Positions 6,647 through 7,172 of a stretch of DNA of 7,172 bases are shown in pieces. The notes beneath the pieces were generated by a model, which saw only the letters and a list, made by a program, of their open reading frames with translations, ran no database searches and had not been told where the DNA came from. How positions within the stretch are numbered: the first letter of the stretch is position 1; each line of letters opens with the position of its first letter. Location of the stretch: IMG/VR virus record IMGVR_UViG_2660238126_000006; one strand, given 5' to 3'. The DNA comes from a virus (taxonomy: Duplodnaviria > Heunggongvirae > Uroviricota > Caudoviricetes). Made by a program: the position numbers and the translations under genes.

Positions 6647-6678
6647 ATGAAAATCGTGATTTACATCACAATTTTCAT
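6647..6678. repeat. 32-bp imperfect palindrome: ATGAAAATCGTGAT-TTAC-ATCACAATTTTCAT (14-bp arms, one mismatch, 4-bp spacer)
   Basis: Read directly from the sequence. It lies between the AT-rich ORF stop (6756) and the H-rpt start (6575). No U-tract follows on either strand, so it does not look like a canonical intrinsic terminator. Confidence 0.8.
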
Positions 6679-6755
6679 GATCTTGCCCTGCCCCGTCCCT
6701 TGCTCTCATGTCTTTCTGTATGTATTTTATATTTTTCTCTTTCTGGTGTTGTTCA

Positions 6756-7172
<417 letters not shown>

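Overview
This window is not one native locus but a patchwork of at least seven unrelated segments joined at abrupt, mostly mid-gene breakpoints, four of which coincide with short runs of N. All identifications are from reading the translations and motifs by eye; no database search was run. Segments in order: (1) 5' part of fadD (+ strand, TTG start); (2) internal guaD fragment (-); (3) ~320 bp unassigned with two orphan ORF ends; (4) a ~4 kb lambdoid early-right/replication block on the - strand in natural order: cro C-terminal stub, nutR, cII (with pRE, pO and oop antisense RNA opposite), O with the ori iterons, P, ren, tR2, ninB, a Dam-family N6-adenine methyltransferase in place of lambda ninC/ninD, ninE, and a NinX-like ORF; (5) a short + strand fragment resembling the N-terminus of a DUF692/UPF0276 protein; (6) a Mu-like baseplate trio on the - strand (gpV C-terminal part, GP46-family protein, N-terminal part of baseplate J); (7) N-terminus of an ISAs1/H-repeat transposase preceded by ~400 bp of AT-rich DNA with a truncated unknown ORF and a 32-bp palindrome, fused to an internal paaJ fragment. 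I found no complete, self-contained novel system. The most checkable oddities are the orphan methyltransferase in the nin region, the AT-rich ORF plus palindrome next to the H-repeat gene, and the DUF692-like fragment. The composite nature of the window should be resolved before any biological interpretation.
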